Assembly (NCBI GenBank): GCA_028278025.1
Contig: JANQFE010000054.1
Coordinates: forward strand, 4,160-68,159
Length of the DNA stretch: 64,000 bases
Reading direction: 5' to 3'
DNA from: Thermodesulfobacteriota bacterium
GTDB taxonomy: Bacteria > Desulfobacterota > WTBG01 > CAIYCZ01 > CAIRTM01
Part shown: positions 1 to 10,473 of the stretch, piece by piece
How the letters are laid out: every line of letters begins with the position of its first letter
Numbering within the stretch: the stretch's first letter is position 1
Made by a program: the position numbers and the translations under genes
Notes under the pieces: model-generated
Database searches by the model: none
Told to the model about the DNA's origin: nothing
Seen by the model: only the letters and a program-made list of their open reading frames with translations

Positions 1-1009
1 CCATTTCAGCCTCTTTGGGTGCCGGGGCCAGTATATCGGCTGGACGGGTAGCCCGTATAGCTGAAGCGTTTTTGAAAATATTCAGTTTGCCCTCGTGAAT
101 TATCTGTTTCGGATTGAGAGATTTGTCTGTATTGGTTGCAGGACAGGCAGCCTGGCATCTGCCGCACTCGGTACACGACATAAAATCAAGCAGATCGGTC
201 CATTGAAATTGAACTGCCTTTGAAATACCGAACTCCTCCCCCTTTTTAAATATCAGCCGCGGTACCGTCGAAACAAGTGATTCGCTTTTGAAAAAGCAGT
301 TCGGAATTGCTGTTAAAACATGCAGATGCTTGCTGTAGGGCAGATAATTTAAAAAGAACAAAAGCACTAAAGCATGCAACCACCAGAAAAACCGCGCAAG
401 ACTGTGAACACCCTCACTGCTTAATCCGCTGACAAATATTTTCAACCCATTTGATATCGGCATCCAGGATGCCATGGCTAGTTTACCCATGCTTGCCTCA
501 CAGGCATTCATGCCGAAGAAAGCAATCATAAGCATTGCGACAAGACTTAGTATGAAATAGGCATCCAGCGTTGGGTCAATATGTGCAGGTCTGAAAAAAG
601 TCCTGCGCAGTACTGCTATAACAACACAAACAAGCACAACAAGTGACATGATATCAGCCAAAAACATCAAGATTCCGTAAGGAATCCTGCCCATAAACAA
701 CAGGCTGAATCCCTTTACTGTTGACGTATCAGGGAAAAGTCCCGCAACCAGGAATTCGAAATTCACAAAAGCAAGGACCATAAATCCCCAGAAAAGGAAA
801 AAGTGATTGATCCCGAACCGTTCGCTGACAACCCGTAGCTGGCCGAATCCGTAAACCAGCATGTTGCGCAAACGAGACCATAGCCGGTCAAACCTGTTTG
901 CCGGTCGCCCCAGACATATAGTGGCAATCAGGCGAAAAACATTCTTCAGGAAGAAGGCAACCGCACCAAAAAAGACAATCGCGAATAGTAATCGTTCTAT
1001 GCTACTCAA
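1..1009 (-). CDS. Membrane-anchored Fe-S oxidoreductase (HdrD/GlpC-like CCG-domain protein, Etf-associated); 3' end runs off the window
   Basis: Translating the minus strand by hand gives a TTG start at 1009-1007 preceded by AAGGAG (1020-1015). The N-terminus has several hydrophobic helices, followed by FMSCTECGRCQAACPATN (a 4Fe-4S motif) and a CCG-like C-terminal region. The reading frame stays open to position 1. It is absent from the ORF track only because there is no stop codon in the window. It lies downstream of etfBA, a typical arrangement. Confidence 0.65.
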   Translation of the reverse strand, partial: MSSIERLLFAIVFFGAVAFFLKNVFRLIATICLGRPANRFDRLWSRLRNMLVYGFGQLRVVSERFGINHFFLFWGFMVLAFVNFEFLVAGLFPDTSTVKGFSLLFMGRIPYGILMFLADIMSLVVLVCVVIAVLRRTFFRPAHIDPTLDAYFILSLVAMLMIAFFGMNACEASMGKLAMASWMPISNGLKIFVSGLSSEGVHSLARFFWWLHALVLLFFLNYLPYSKHLHVLTAIPNCFFKSESLVSTVPRLIFKKGEEFGISKAVQFQWTDLLDFMSCTECGRCQAACPATNTDKSLNPKQIIHEGKLNIFKNASAIRATRPADILAPAPKEAEM

Positions 1010-1045
1010 GGGAACTCCTTTCTGCTTTAGGCTTTATGGTTTGAA

Positions 1046-2380
1046 TTATTCAACAATCTTAGCGTTAGACTGTTTCAGTTTTTCAATAATAGCCGGTATA
1101 ACGTCAAAGACATCCCCTACAATGCCCAGATGGGCTACCTCAAAAATCGGGGCGGTCTTATCTTTGTTGATTGCGATAATGTAATCAGAATCCTGCATGC
1201 CGACTAGGTGCTGAATAGCACCGGATATAGCACAGGCAATATACAGTTTCGGATGTACGGTTTTACCGGTCTGGCCCACCTGACGCGGATGTTCTATCCA
1301 TCCCTCATCAAAAGCGCAGCGTGAACCGGCGACCACACCGCCAATCAGGTCCGCCAGTTCCTGAAGCATGTCGAAATTTTCTTTGTTCAGCAGACCGCGG
1401 CCGCCTGAAACCAGAATCTTGGCCCCGGCAATATTAACAGAGCTTTCCTGGGCGGCAGAAATAATCTCCAACACCTTGGTGGGAATCTTATCTTCAGAAA
1501 GCGTAAATGATTCTTCGATCAACTCGCCCTTTCTGCCCTGCTGAAAATCGCGCTTGGGCATAACGTGTGGACGCACAGAGGCCATCTGGGGGCGTCTTGT
1601 TTCTGTGAGAATCGTGGCCATGATGTTACCGCCGAAGGCCGGTCGAGTTTGTTCCAATATCCGCATTTTTTTATCAATACTGAGCTGCGTGCAGTCTGCT
1701 GTTAGACCGGTCTTCAGATCAGTTGCCACAGCACCGGCCAAGTCTCTGCCCAGCCCGGTAGCACCCATAAGTACAATCTCAGGTTTATATTTATTCACCA
1801 GTTCAACACAGCCGTGCAGATAGGACGTAGTTCGGTAGAGTTTTAAGGCAGGATTGTCGATGACATATACTTTGTCGGCACCATAGCCGAACGCCTCATC
1901 TGACAAATGTTTGATGTTTTCACCCAGTACAAAGGCTGCAAGCTCTACGCCCAAATCATCTGCCAGCTCCCGGCCCTTTCCAAGAAGTTCCCATGATACT
2001 TCATGGGCCTTGCCGTCAACCTGTTCGACATAGACCCATACCCCTTTCCACAGAGCAATATTTGACTCTGCATTCTGGACAGGGGCAGCCACTTCCTCTT
2101 TAACCTCGGGTTCAACAGCACCTTCAGCTTCAAGTTCTTTGAGAAGTTTCTGCTCCTCGGGCGTGAAGTAGATCTCAAGTGCATCTGCAGGACAAACTTT
2201 AACACATTTTTTACATCCGATGCACTTGACTTCATCTATAATCGGCTCTTCCTTTTCGTTCATTTCTATGGCATCAACCGGGCAGGATATCTGACACCGC
2301 GCACCACATGCAATACATTTTCCTTCTATGAGACAAGCCTTACCTTTTGGTTTCTTTTTCTTCTTAGACCTTTGCTCCAT
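1046..2380 (-). CDS. etfA: Electron transfer flavoprotein alpha subunit with N-terminal 2x[4Fe-4S] ferredoxin domain
   Basis: The N-terminus has CIACGARCQISCP and CIGCKKCVKVCP dicluster motifs. The rest shows the EtfA/FixB FAD-binding fold (…LVSGGRGL…, …AISGAIQH…). Confidence 0.85.
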   Translation of the reverse strand: MEQRSKKKKKPKGKACLIEGKCIACGARCQISCPVDAIEMNEKEEPIIDEVKCIGCKKCVKVCPADALEIYFTPEEQKLLKELEAEGAVEPEVKEEVAAPVQNAESNIALWKGVWVYVEQVDGKAHEVSWELLGKGRELADDLGVELAAFVLGENIKHLSDEAFGYGADKVYVIDNPALKLYRTTSYLHGCVELVNKYKPEIVLMGATGLGRDLAGAVATDLKTGLTADCTQLSIDKKMRILEQTRPAFGGNIMATILTETRRPQMASVRPHVMPKRDFQQGRKGELIEESFTLSEDKIPTKVLEIISAAQESSVNIAGAKILVSGGRGLLNKENFDMLQELADLIGGVVAGSRCAFDEGWIEHPRQVGQTGKTVHPKLYIACAISGAIQHLVGMQDSDYIIAINKDKTAPIFEVAHLGIVGDVFDVIPAIIEKLKQSNAKIVE

Positions 2381-2413
2381 TTATCCTCCACATTCTACTT
2401 TTAATCATTGAGG

Positions 2414-3229
2414 TCATTTAACGGCAACGATATCTTTTTCAATAAGTTTGTTGAATATGGCTTCAACTGCATTGTCCTTCTGATCACCCTCGCCCATCAT
2501 GATTTCACCCTTTTCTCTTTCCGGTGCAAAAATTCTACGGACCTGGGTTGGTGAACCCAGCAGTCCGATACTATTCGGATCAAGCTTCAAGACATTATTA
2601 CTCCAAACCTGAATATCAATATCGTCAGCATCCAGCCTTCCGGGTACTGTTGGATAACGCGGGGTGTTAATCTCACGCTCAACGGTAATCATACAGGGCA
2701 TCTGCGATTCAACTATTTCATGATACCCTTCAAGTTTGCGTCGAACCTTTATGGTTTTTTGATCCTGATTTACTGATAAGACTTCATCAACAAGGGTAAG
2801 CTGCGGGATATCCATGCGGCGCGCTATACCCGGCCCGACTTGGGCGGTATCTCCGTCAATGGTCTGCTTGCCGCACAGTATGATATCAACCGGCCGTTTT
2901 TCGGCAATCCTTTTAATAGCTAACCCCAGGACAGTACTGGTTGCAAGCGTATCCGCACCACCAAAGGCCCTGTCGCTTAACAGGATACCCTCATCAGCGC
3001 CTATTGAAATTGCTTTTCGCAATACACTCTCTGCTGCTGGAGGCCCCATGGAGACAGCTGTAACGTAGGCCCCATACCTGTCCTTGAACCTGATTGCCTC
3101 TTCAACCGCATTTGTATCAAACGGGTTGGTAATGAACGGAACCCCTTCGCGTACAAGTGTGTTGGTTACCGGATCAATACTTACCTGAGTTGTATCAGGT
3201 ACCATTTTTACACAGACAACAATATGCAT
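2414..3229 (-). CDS. etfB: Electron transfer flavoprotein beta subunit
   Basis: MHIVVCVKMVPDT… is a typical EtfB N-terminus, and VSMGPP and DIILCGKQTIDGDT are conserved EtfB motifs. It lies directly upstream of etfA. Confidence 0.85.
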   Translation of the reverse strand: MHIVVCVKMVPDTTQVSIDPVTNTLVREGVPFITNPFDTNAVEEAIRFKDRYGAYVTAVSMGPPAAESVLRKAISIGADEGILLSDRAFGGADTLATSTVLGLAIKRIAEKRPVDIILCGKQTIDGDTAQVGPGIARRMDIPQLTLVDEVLSVNQDQKTIKVRRKLEGYHEIVESQMPCMITVEREINTPRYPTVPGRLDADDIDIQVWSNNVLKLDPNSIGLLGSPTQVRRIFAPEREKGEIMMGEGDQKDNAVEAIFNKLIEKDIVAVK

Positions 3230-3947
3230 TACATATCTCCTTAATAAAATTAGTTCTCCGTTGTGAATGCAAAAACAAAGCCACTATAAGGAATGTGGTG
3301 TGTTGAACTTATATTTATTGAGCCTCGCTCGCTGAGCATATATAACCCATTGTTATTACTTTATAAAAAAATTACTGGATCTCGACTTCAGCGCATAATG
3401 TGAGCGATTTCGGGTATATATCTGCACATCAGCGTCAGGGTGAGGGCCGTAATGTTTGCCAGATTGTCACAATGGATAGTATTGTTATAGCAATTTATTG
3501 TAAAAAAATAAAAAAGAAATTTATGTTGCACAATAAATGTGTCAAAATGACAATTGGGTAGTCCGGATATCTGTGTTCTTAAGGATTAATGTATTAGCTG
3601 CTTTAGTTAAAAAACATCGTTACAAATTTACAAATTAAAAGCATCTATCACATTAGAGGCTTAAAAGCAAGCCTATATTCAAACGGCCATAAACATCTCT
3701 GCAAAATACTATAGTATTTGCTACGTAACACAACTATGCATAAAAATCACATGGACTGTAGTGTCAAACAACACACATCTTTAACTTTTACTTGACATAC
3801 TATTTTATATTTGGAGCTGTAAAATATGCTTAATTTTTAAAAAATGCTTTTTAAAAGATGATATTATTTTATTATCTGGATTACTATGAAATTTTATATT
3901 GTATAATATTTTTTCAATCTACATCTAAACAGATTGAGGAGTCTGTT

Positions 3948-4196
3948 ATGAGCTCATCATGTTCCGTAGGAATTGAAGTCCTGGCAGAAATTGCTGAAAT
4001 GAAACGGACGTACGCGGCAATCTTGACCAGGATTGGAAAGATGAAATTGCAATCGGTCGGGGCCAGGGGAGTGAAGGCCGGCTGGAGCTGTACGACTTTA
4101 AACTGCACTCATACACACCTGCAGCCTACATACAGATCCAATCAGATGACTATATTACCTCAAATGGTGCATCCCGCCCGGCAGTCAAGGGTCTGA
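3948..4196 (+). CDS. Small hypothetical ORF (83 aa)
   Basis: An internal ATG sits behind a GAGGAG RBS (cagattGAGGAGtctgttATG). It has no recognisable domain and lies in an AT-rich intergenic region; it may not be expressed. Confidence 0.2.
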   Translation: MSSSCSVGIEVLAEIAEMKRTYAAILTRIGKMKLQSVGARGVKAGWSCTTLNCTHTHLQPTYRSNQMTILPQMVHPARQSRV

Positions 4197-4290
4197 AAAA
4201 TGCATCGAGCTGGGTTAGACGACTTATGCAGCTCATGCTGCACAAAATGCTTCGCAATGGTGAATAATCATTACTTAATAAAAGCGTTCG

Positions 4291-4905
4291 CTATTGTGCC
4301 AGTTTTTCTGCCAGAACAAACATGGTTTCCAAAGCTTCCGGGGTTGCATAGCCCTGGTCCTGCCAGCGAATAATGCCCTCACGGTCAAGCAGCAATGCAT
4401 GCCCCTCTTTTGGATCAATATTCAGGGCGTCACTATAATACTCCACATCACCATACATCGTTACAACATGTTTATGCTTAAACTGCGGCAGCCCACCACG
4501 CATTCCCCGATCGATCACAGGCTTCATGAACATGTAGCCGCTGGAAATCATTGGCACCTCATAGAACATAAAATCATCCCGTGCTGCAAACTTTTCAGCA
4601 AACGGGTTGAGCCATGAATCAAGCTGTCCCTGGTTTTGCTGCAAAAAAGCAACCGTTACAAGGGTTACCTTGCCACGGGCCGACTCCGGGACCGACGCCG
4701 GGTTACCTTCGAGGGTTTCAGCACTAACCGTGGGAAACGATTTGCCGATGTTAGACTTTTCTGTCATGGCGGTTTCCTCCTGCTGAGGTGCGTCTGCTTT
4801 TTTTGAACAACCGGCTGCAATCAAGCCAAACAGTAAACAGATTACAGCCGCTGGAGAACATATCCTTTTATAGTAGACACTAAGTGTTATACTCCTCCTT
4901 AGCAT
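4291..4905 (-). CDS. Lipoprotein, redoxin/thioredoxin-fold-like but without a CxxC motif
   Basis: Signal peptide with lipobox LIAAGC. The layout resembles the TlpA/AhpC fold (KVTLVTV…, …LLDREGIIRW…), but the active-site cysteines are missing. Confidence 0.45.
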   Translation of the reverse strand: MLRRSITLSVYYKRICSPAAVICLLFGLIAAGCSKKADAPQQEETAMTEKSNIGKSFPTVSAETLEGNPASVPESARGKVTLVTVAFLQQNQGQLDSWLNPFAEKFAARDDFMFYEVPMISSGYMFMKPVIDRGMRGGLPQFKHKHVVTMYGDVEYYSDALNIDPKEGHALLLDREGIIRWQDQGYATPEALETMFVLAEKLAQ

Positions 4906-4969
4906 TGTTTATTGTTTCCTTTCCCAGGTAATATTATAGATACCTTTCCGAGTATTGCCGTACCTGATC

Positions 4970-6049
4970 TTAATTGTTTTTATCTGTAAGGGCCTTATGG
5001 ATACTCTCCTGAAACGGCGGCCTGAGAATACCTTTTTCAGTCATAATGCCGGCAATATACTTATTGGGAACCACATCAAAGGCCGGATTCCACACCTTGA
5101 TCGACTCCGGAGCTATTTGGGTTCCCCGCACAGAAATCACCTCTTCGCCAGAACGCTCTTCAATCGGAATCTTATCGCCGCTCTGTGTTGATCCGTCTAT
5201 TGTCGAGACTGGTGCGGCAATATAAAAAGGGATACCGTGCTCTTGAGCCAAGATGGCAAGTGCATAGGTGCCGATCTTATTGGCAGCATCACCATTAGCG
5301 GCGATGCGGTCGGAACCTGCAATAACCAGGTCAGCCCCACGGGTCTTCATAAAATGCCCTGCCATGCCGTCGGTAATAAGCTCAAACGGTATCCCATCCT
5401 TTTTCAACTCCCAGGCTGTAAGACGGGCCCCCTGCAGCAAAGGACGGGTTTCACAAGCTGCTACACATACGTTTTTGCCCTGCTCTACTGCAGAGCGGAT
5501 TACACCAAGTGCGGTACCGTGACCGGCCGTAGCCAATGAACCGGTATTACAGATTGTAATGATTGTGGCCTGGTCAGGCACAACTTCTTGCCCGAGTCGT
5601 CCCATCCTGCGGTTAATCTCAATATCTTCATTGAGTATCTTAAGAGCTTCCTGTTTTAATATATCTTGTAAAACTTCAATGCCGGCACTGCTGTGCTGTC
5701 TGGCCAGGCTCAGCATCCTTTCAAGGGCCCATCTCAGGTTAACCGCTGTCGGTCTCGTTCCCAGCAAACGTTCATATATCTGATCGAGGTGCCTAAAAAA
5801 CTCATCGTTATTCTGCGCGGTTGATTGTCGGCATGCAAACGCGAACCCCATAGCCGCAGCAACGCCAATAGCAGGTGCCCCGCGAATCGACAAGCGCTGT
5901 ATCGCTGCTGCGATAGATTCAAGGTCGCGACATTCAAGATATACCTCCTGTACGGGCAGCTTGGTCTGGTCAAGTATGCGCACATGATCTTCCTGCCATG
6001 ATATGGATTGGATACTGTTAGCTTTCAAGTTTCCTCCGTAAAATATCAT
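4970..6049 (-). CDS. mtnA: S-methyl-5-thioribose-1-phosphate isomerase (eIF-2B-like family)
   Basis: Motifs of the MtnA/e2B2 family: ...[12 protein letters not shown]..., ...[10 protein letters not shown]..., ...[10 protein letters not shown].... Confidence 0.8.
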   Translation of the reverse strand: MIFYGGNLKANSIQSISWQEDHVRILDQTKLPVQEVYLECRDLESIAAAIQRLSIRGAPAIGVAAAMGFAFACRQSTAQNNDEFFRHLDQIYERLLGTRPTAVNLRWALERMLSLARQHSSAGIEVLQDILKQEALKILNEDIEINRRMGRLGQEVVPDQATIITICNTGSLATAGHGTALGVIRSAVEQGKNVCVAACETRPLLQGARLTAWELKKDGIPFELITDGMAGHFMKTRGADLVIAGSDRIAANGDAANKIGTYALAILAQEHGIPFYIAAPVSTIDGSTQSGDKIPIEERSGEEVISVRGTQIAPESIKVWNPAFDVVPNKYIAGIMTEKGILRPPFQESIHKALTDKNN

Positions 6050-7472
6050 TTACCAGTTTGGGATTTGCCTTTCCTTTGGTGGCTTTCATGGCCTGTCCTA
6101 CAAAAAACCCGAAAAGCTTTTCTTTACCGCTGCGATAATCAGCAACCTCGTTTTGATTGGCATCGAGCACATCCTGGATTACTTTTTCAATCTCACCCTC
6201 ATCAGACACCTGCAGCAAACCTTTTTCTTTGACAATCGCCCCGGGCATACTGCCGGTTGCCCGCATTTCATCAAAAACGGTTTTTGCAATTTTACCGCTG
6301 ATTGTTCCTTTGTCGATCAGCTCGATCAGCTCGGCCAGATGCACGGGTGTAACCACAAAGCCGGTGATGTTGCGGGGGTCATTCAGATGTCTTAAAATAT
6401 CACTCATTATCCAGTTGCTGATTTTCTTAGGTTGCTCATAGCATTTAACACACTGCTCAAAATAATCGGCAAGCTGCCTACAGGCGGTAAGAATCTTGGC
6501 ATCATATTCCGGTATTTTATATTGTTTGACAAAACGCAGAACCTTTTGCCGGGGAAGTTCCGGAAGCTGTTTACGTACATCCTGCACCCAGGCTTCATCA
6601 ATTATCAGCGGTACGAGATCAGGGTCAGGAAAATAGCGATAATCATGGGCCTCCTCTTTACCGCGCATCGAAAACGTAACACCTTTATCAGCATCCCACA
6701 GCCGGGTCTCCTGGATTATTTTCTCACCATCCTCGATCATTTCCTGCTGCCGCTTTATTTCATATTCAAGGGCCCGTTCTACATTACGAAAAGAGTTCAT
6801 GTTTTTCAGTTCAACCTTTGTGCCGAGCTTTTCAGTCCCTTGCGGACGCAGTGACACATTAGCATCGCAGCGAAAACTGCCCTGTTCCATATTACCGTCG
6901 CACACTTCCAGGTACTGTACAATTGTGTGCAGCATTCTGAGATACGCACCGGCTTCCTCAGGACTGCGCAAATCCGGCTCGCTGACAATCTCAATGAGGG
7001 GTACACCGGTACGGTTAAAATCGACGTAGCTTGCATCAGAAGATACCCCGGCAAGTTCATGTACGAGTTTGCCGGCATCCTCTTCCATATGTATGCGGGT
7101 AATGCCGATGCGCTTTGTCCTGTTGCCCTCTTCCAGGTCAATTTCCAGATAGCCATGCTCTGCTATGGGAAGTTCAAACTGTGAAATTTGATACCCTTTA
7201 GGCAGGTCAGGATAAAAATAGTTCTTGCGTGCAAATTGATTTTCGGGATTAATACGACAGTTAGCGGCTATGGCTGTTTTCATTGCAAACTGCAGCGCCT
7301 GTTTGTTCACTACCGGCAACACCCCCGGCATACCCAGGCAAACCGGGCAGGTCTGTATGTTGGATTCGCTGCCGAAGGCAGTAGGACAGCTACAGAAAAT
7401 CTTTGTTGCAGTCAGCAGCTGGGCATGAACTTCCAGCCCTATAACCGGTTCATAGTACATACATGTCTCCAT
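6018..7472 (-). CDS. gatB: Asp-tRNA(Asn)/Glu-tRNA(Gln) amidotransferase subunit B
   Basis: [25 protein letters not shown] and the C-terminal YqeY-like domain. Overlaps mtnA by 32 nt. Confidence 0.9.
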   Translation of the reverse strand: METCMYYEPVIGLEVHAQLLTATKIFCSCPTAFGSESNIQTCPVCLGMPGVLPVVNKQALQFAMKTAIAANCRINPENQFARKNYFYPDLPKGYQISQFELPIAEHGYLEIDLEEGNRTKRIGITRIHMEEDAGKLVHELAGVSSDASYVDFNRTGVPLIEIVSEPDLRSPEEAGAYLRMLHTIVQYLEVCDGNMEQGSFRCDANVSLRPQGTEKLGTKVELKNMNSFRNVERALEYEIKRQQEMIEDGEKIIQETRLWDADKGVTFSMRGKEEAHDYRYFPDPDLVPLIIDEAWVQDVRKQLPELPRQKVLRFVKQYKIPEYDAKILTACRQLADYFEQCVKCYEQPKKISNWIMSDILRHLNDPRNITGFVVTPVHLAELIELIDKGTISGKIAKTVFDEMRATGSMPGAIVKEKGLLQVSDEGEIEKVIQDVLDANQNEVADYRSGKEKLFGFFVGQAMKATKGKANPKLVNDILRRKLES

Positions 7473-7570
7473 ATTACCGGATTTTTGCAGTACAAAAAAA
7501 ATTAAAAGATTGTATACTATACAATAATATAAATTACATTAAAAATTTTATGTGTAATTTTATAGGGTAT

Positions 7571-8584
7571 CTACATCACCCGCATACCTTCCGGCCCGAA
7601 AAGTTGCACGAATTTCTCAAAAAAATCTTTATCAAATTCTTTTTGCAAAAGCGTATCGCGAATAACATTGAGCGTATCAAACGCACTAAAAGCTTGCTGA
7701 TAACATCTTTTGGTTGTCATTGCATCAAAGACATCCGCAACAGAGCAGATTTTCCCATATAAATTTATCCTGTCACCCTGCAGCCGTTGCGGGTAACCTG
7801 AGCCATCAGCCCTCTCATGGTGCTGAAGTACTATAATTGCTGAGTCCCTGGTGATAAATCCTGACTCCTTAAGGATATTATATCCTTGCTCAGGATGGGT
7901 TTTCATAATCTTCCATTCTTCTTCATTTAAAGGGCCTTTTTTGTTAAGTATCTCCAGAGGGATTCGTGATTTGCCGATATCATGCAGAAAAAAACCAAGA
8001 CCGAGATCATAAAAAATTTTTTCTGAAATTCCCTGCAGCAGGTTTCTGGCAAAAGCAACACTGAACACACCGACATTTACTGAATGCGTATAGGTATAGT
8101 AGTCATACTCTGTAATACGGATGAGGTGGTTGGTGGTTGCAGTGTCAGAAAGAATAAGACTTACAATATTGTTAACGGTTTTTTTTGTCCGCCCGATCAT
8201 GTCAATATTAGGATTATCAAAAAGTTTTTCCATGAGATACCGGCTTGAATCATACACTATCTTTGACTTTTGCTCTGAAACAATACGGTTATCCTGTATG
8301 ATATTCTGCAGGTTATCTTCAATATACTGCTGATAGAGATCACGATCATCTTCCGGTATGTAAATAGTATGTACTCTATTTTGCAGAAGTTTTTCTTTAA
8401 CCTCGGATGTAAAGTAGGTTCCCTTGCTGGAATAGAGTACATAGTTTTGCCTTTTTTGACACAGATAAATATCAAAAGGTTTTAATGTATCAATCCTCAA
8501 AACACTTAAATCTACCGGCAAAAAGCTTTGCTGCTCCATGTTCATATCCAGTGAGTAGTAGGTAAGAAATATTTTGACTTGCAA
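7571..8584 (-). CDS. HD-GYP domain phosphodiesterase
   Basis: HDIGK ... HHERADGSGYP are the HD and GYP motifs. Confidence 0.8.
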   Translation of the reverse strand: MQVKIFLTYYSLDMNMEQQSFLPVDLSVLRIDTLKPFDIYLCQKRQNYVLYSSKGTYFTSEVKEKLLQNRVHTIYIPEDDRDLYQQYIEDNLQNIIQDNRIVSEQKSKIVYDSSRYLMEKLFDNPNIDMIGRTKKTVNNIVSLILSDTATTNHLIRITEYDYYTYTHSVNVGVFSVAFARNLLQGISEKIFYDLGLGFFLHDIGKSRIPLEILNKKGPLNEEEWKIMKTHPEQGYNILKESGFITRDSAIIVLQHHERADGSGYPQRLQGDRINLYGKICSVADVFDAMTTKRCYQQAFSAFDTLNVIRDTLLQKEFDKDFFEKFVQLFGPEGMRVM

Positions 8585-8764
8585 GCTCCAGCAGTATAAA
8601 AAAAATGAGCCCTCGTGTCAAAATATAAGATATGGTACCGGCCCCAAGGTGTTCGGCCAGCCTATTTTTTGCTGGCGATCCTTAGCATCTATTACTAAAA
8701 CAGACTGCTGATATTGATTTAGCATAAAGATTCTGATAGTATAAAATCTTTATAATACAAAGCA

Positions 8765-9736
8765 ATGGATAAACATTTTATAATACTTACTAAGCTTTTT
8801 CTCATCCTGTACTTCACCGGTATCACCTGCGGAGTGTGCTACCGGCTGACATATGCTGAAACTCTGGAAAACTGCAACGATAACGCTTCCCTAACTACTG
8901 CATCGGTATCTGTGATGCTGTTCGACAATCAGACTTCGCACGTGCCCAGCACCTCTAATAATAATGCAGATACTCAAGACAATGCGACCGTCTTTCAGCA
9001 GCCTCGTCTTTCTGAAAAATACTCCGACAACCGGACAGACAAAACCGGAGCTGTTCCCGTAGAAGAGCAGGATTTTGATTTTACAGAAGATGATGTTTTT
9101 TTCGACCCTTTTGCAGACAATGCAACAGATGCCGCAGCACAGCTCGAAACCATACCGGACCCCATCCAAAAATATAACCGGGCTATGTTTGTTTTCAATG
9201 ATAAGCTGTATTTCTGGGCTCTGAAACCGGTTGCTATCGGTTATAAGTTCATTGTATGGCCGGAAGCAGTCCGCAAAAGTATTAAACGTTTCTGCCACAA
9301 TGTTGCTATGCCGAAAAGATTTGTCAACTGCCTCTTGCAGGCAAAGTTTAAGGGGGCCGGTGTTGAGCTCACGAGGTTTGTGACCAATACTACTATCGGT
9401 ATTGCCGGCTTTTTCGATCCTGCCAAAAGGTTTTTTCATCTGCGGCCATATGAGGAAGACACCGGCCAAACACTTGGGGTGTATGGAATGGGACCCGGCT
9501 TTTACTTTGTCTGGCCTTTTTTCAATGCATCCAGCGGGCGTGATACTCTGGGAATGCCGTTCGACATTCTGCTTGACCCTTTAACCTACCTTCCAGGGCT
9601 CTCACAATTCAGATTGATAAATAATACATCACTAACACTCGGTGAATATGAAGACCTGAAAGCCGCCGCTCTGGATCCCTACATCGCCATACGTAATGCC
9701 TATTTTCAGTACCGGGAAAGCGCTATAAAAAAATAG
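8765..9736 (+). CDS. mlaA: MlaA/VacJ-family outer-membrane lipoprotein
   Basis: Signal peptide with cysteines, then the MlaA core NRAMFVFNDKLY…LKP…VR…F.NV..P…CLLQ…TRFVTNTTIGIAGFFD. Confidence 0.7.
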   Translation: MDKHFIILTKLFLILYFTGITCGVCYRLTYAETLENCNDNASLTTASVSVMLFDNQTSHVPSTSNNNADTQDNATVFQQPRLSEKYSDNRTDKTGAVPVEEQDFDFTEDDVFFDPFADNATDAAAQLETIPDPIQKYNRAMFVFNDKLYFWALKPVAIGYKFIVWPEAVRKSIKRFCHNVAMPKRFVNCLLQAKFKGAGVELTRFVTNTTIGIAGFFDPAKRFFHLRPYEEDTGQTLGVYGMGPGFYFVWPFFNASSGRDTLGMPFDILLDPLTYLPGLSQFRLINNTSLTLGEYEDLKAAALDPYIAIRNAYFQYRESAIKK

Positions 9737-9766
9737 CCCCTATGGTGTGGCAGCTTTTTTCTTTTT

Positions 9767-10444
9767 TTACGAATCTTGTGCAGTAGCAGTGTGCTGCCTA
9801 CTAATTTTTTTGGATCGCAGCTTGGCAAGCAATTCTTCAAATGATGAATTTGCAATTATCTCATTGAATTGCACCCGGTAATTCTTCAGCAGGCTTACTC
9901 CTTCGATCGCGATATCACAAACCAGCCATTTTTCCAGGCTGTTCTTCAGCAGATAGGATACGGAAACTTCAGTTTCCTTATTAACCACTACTTTAGTCTC
10001 CACAATCGTATATTTTTTGGCTGCCTTTTCTTTAAGATAGAGAATACTGCCTTCTGAGAAATTATCCATCTTGACCACATAGCCGTCAAGCTTGTCAAAA
10101 TAAGTGTTCTCAAGAAGATCACTAAACAACCTGCTGAATTCCCGCTTTTCTTCATCGGTACGCCCACGCCAGTGGGCACCCAATGCTCGCCTGGATATTT
10201 CCTGTTCATCAACTTTTTCTTCAAGCAGTTTTTGGACAATCTTTCTGCGCTCAACTATCTTATCAGGTGTTTTCAACTTTGGATCATTCAGAAATCCTAT
10301 TACTTGGTTAATGGTCTTGCGGAGGCTATCGGTAGCCGGACCGGCCCACGCAGATGACGGCAGCAGCATCACGAAAATATAAAACAACATCATCAAACTA
10401 TGTATCTTCTTTCTTGCGTGCAGATTTTGCATCCATGAATACAT
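9767..10444 (-). CDS. MlaC/Ttg2D-family periplasmic phospholipid-binding protein
   Basis: Signal peptide followed by the Tol-tolerance/MlaC fold pattern (…EISRRALGAHW…, …LLENTY…). The N-terminal start is uncertain (several Met). Confidence 0.65.
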   Translation of the reverse strand: MYSWMQNLHARKKIHSLMMLFYIFVMLLPSSAWAGPATDSLRKTINQVIGFLNDPKLKTPDKIVERRKIVQKLLEEKVDEQEISRRALGAHWRGRTDEEKREFSRLFSDLLENTYFDKLDGYVVKMDNFSEGSILYLKEKAAKKYTIVETKVVVNKETEVSVSYLLKNSLEKWLVCDIAIEGVSLLKNYRVQFNEIIANSSFEELLAKLRSKKISRQHTATAQDS

Positions 10445-10473
10445 GCTACAAGTCTCCTTTTCGAGTGTTTTAC

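Noticed and set aside
861-1184. 107-aa plus-strand ORF in the track
   Set aside because: It lies antisense to and inside the 5' end of the membrane Fe-S oxidoreductase gene and the etfA 3' end. It has no RBS and a low-complexity translation. The minus-strand gene explains the region.
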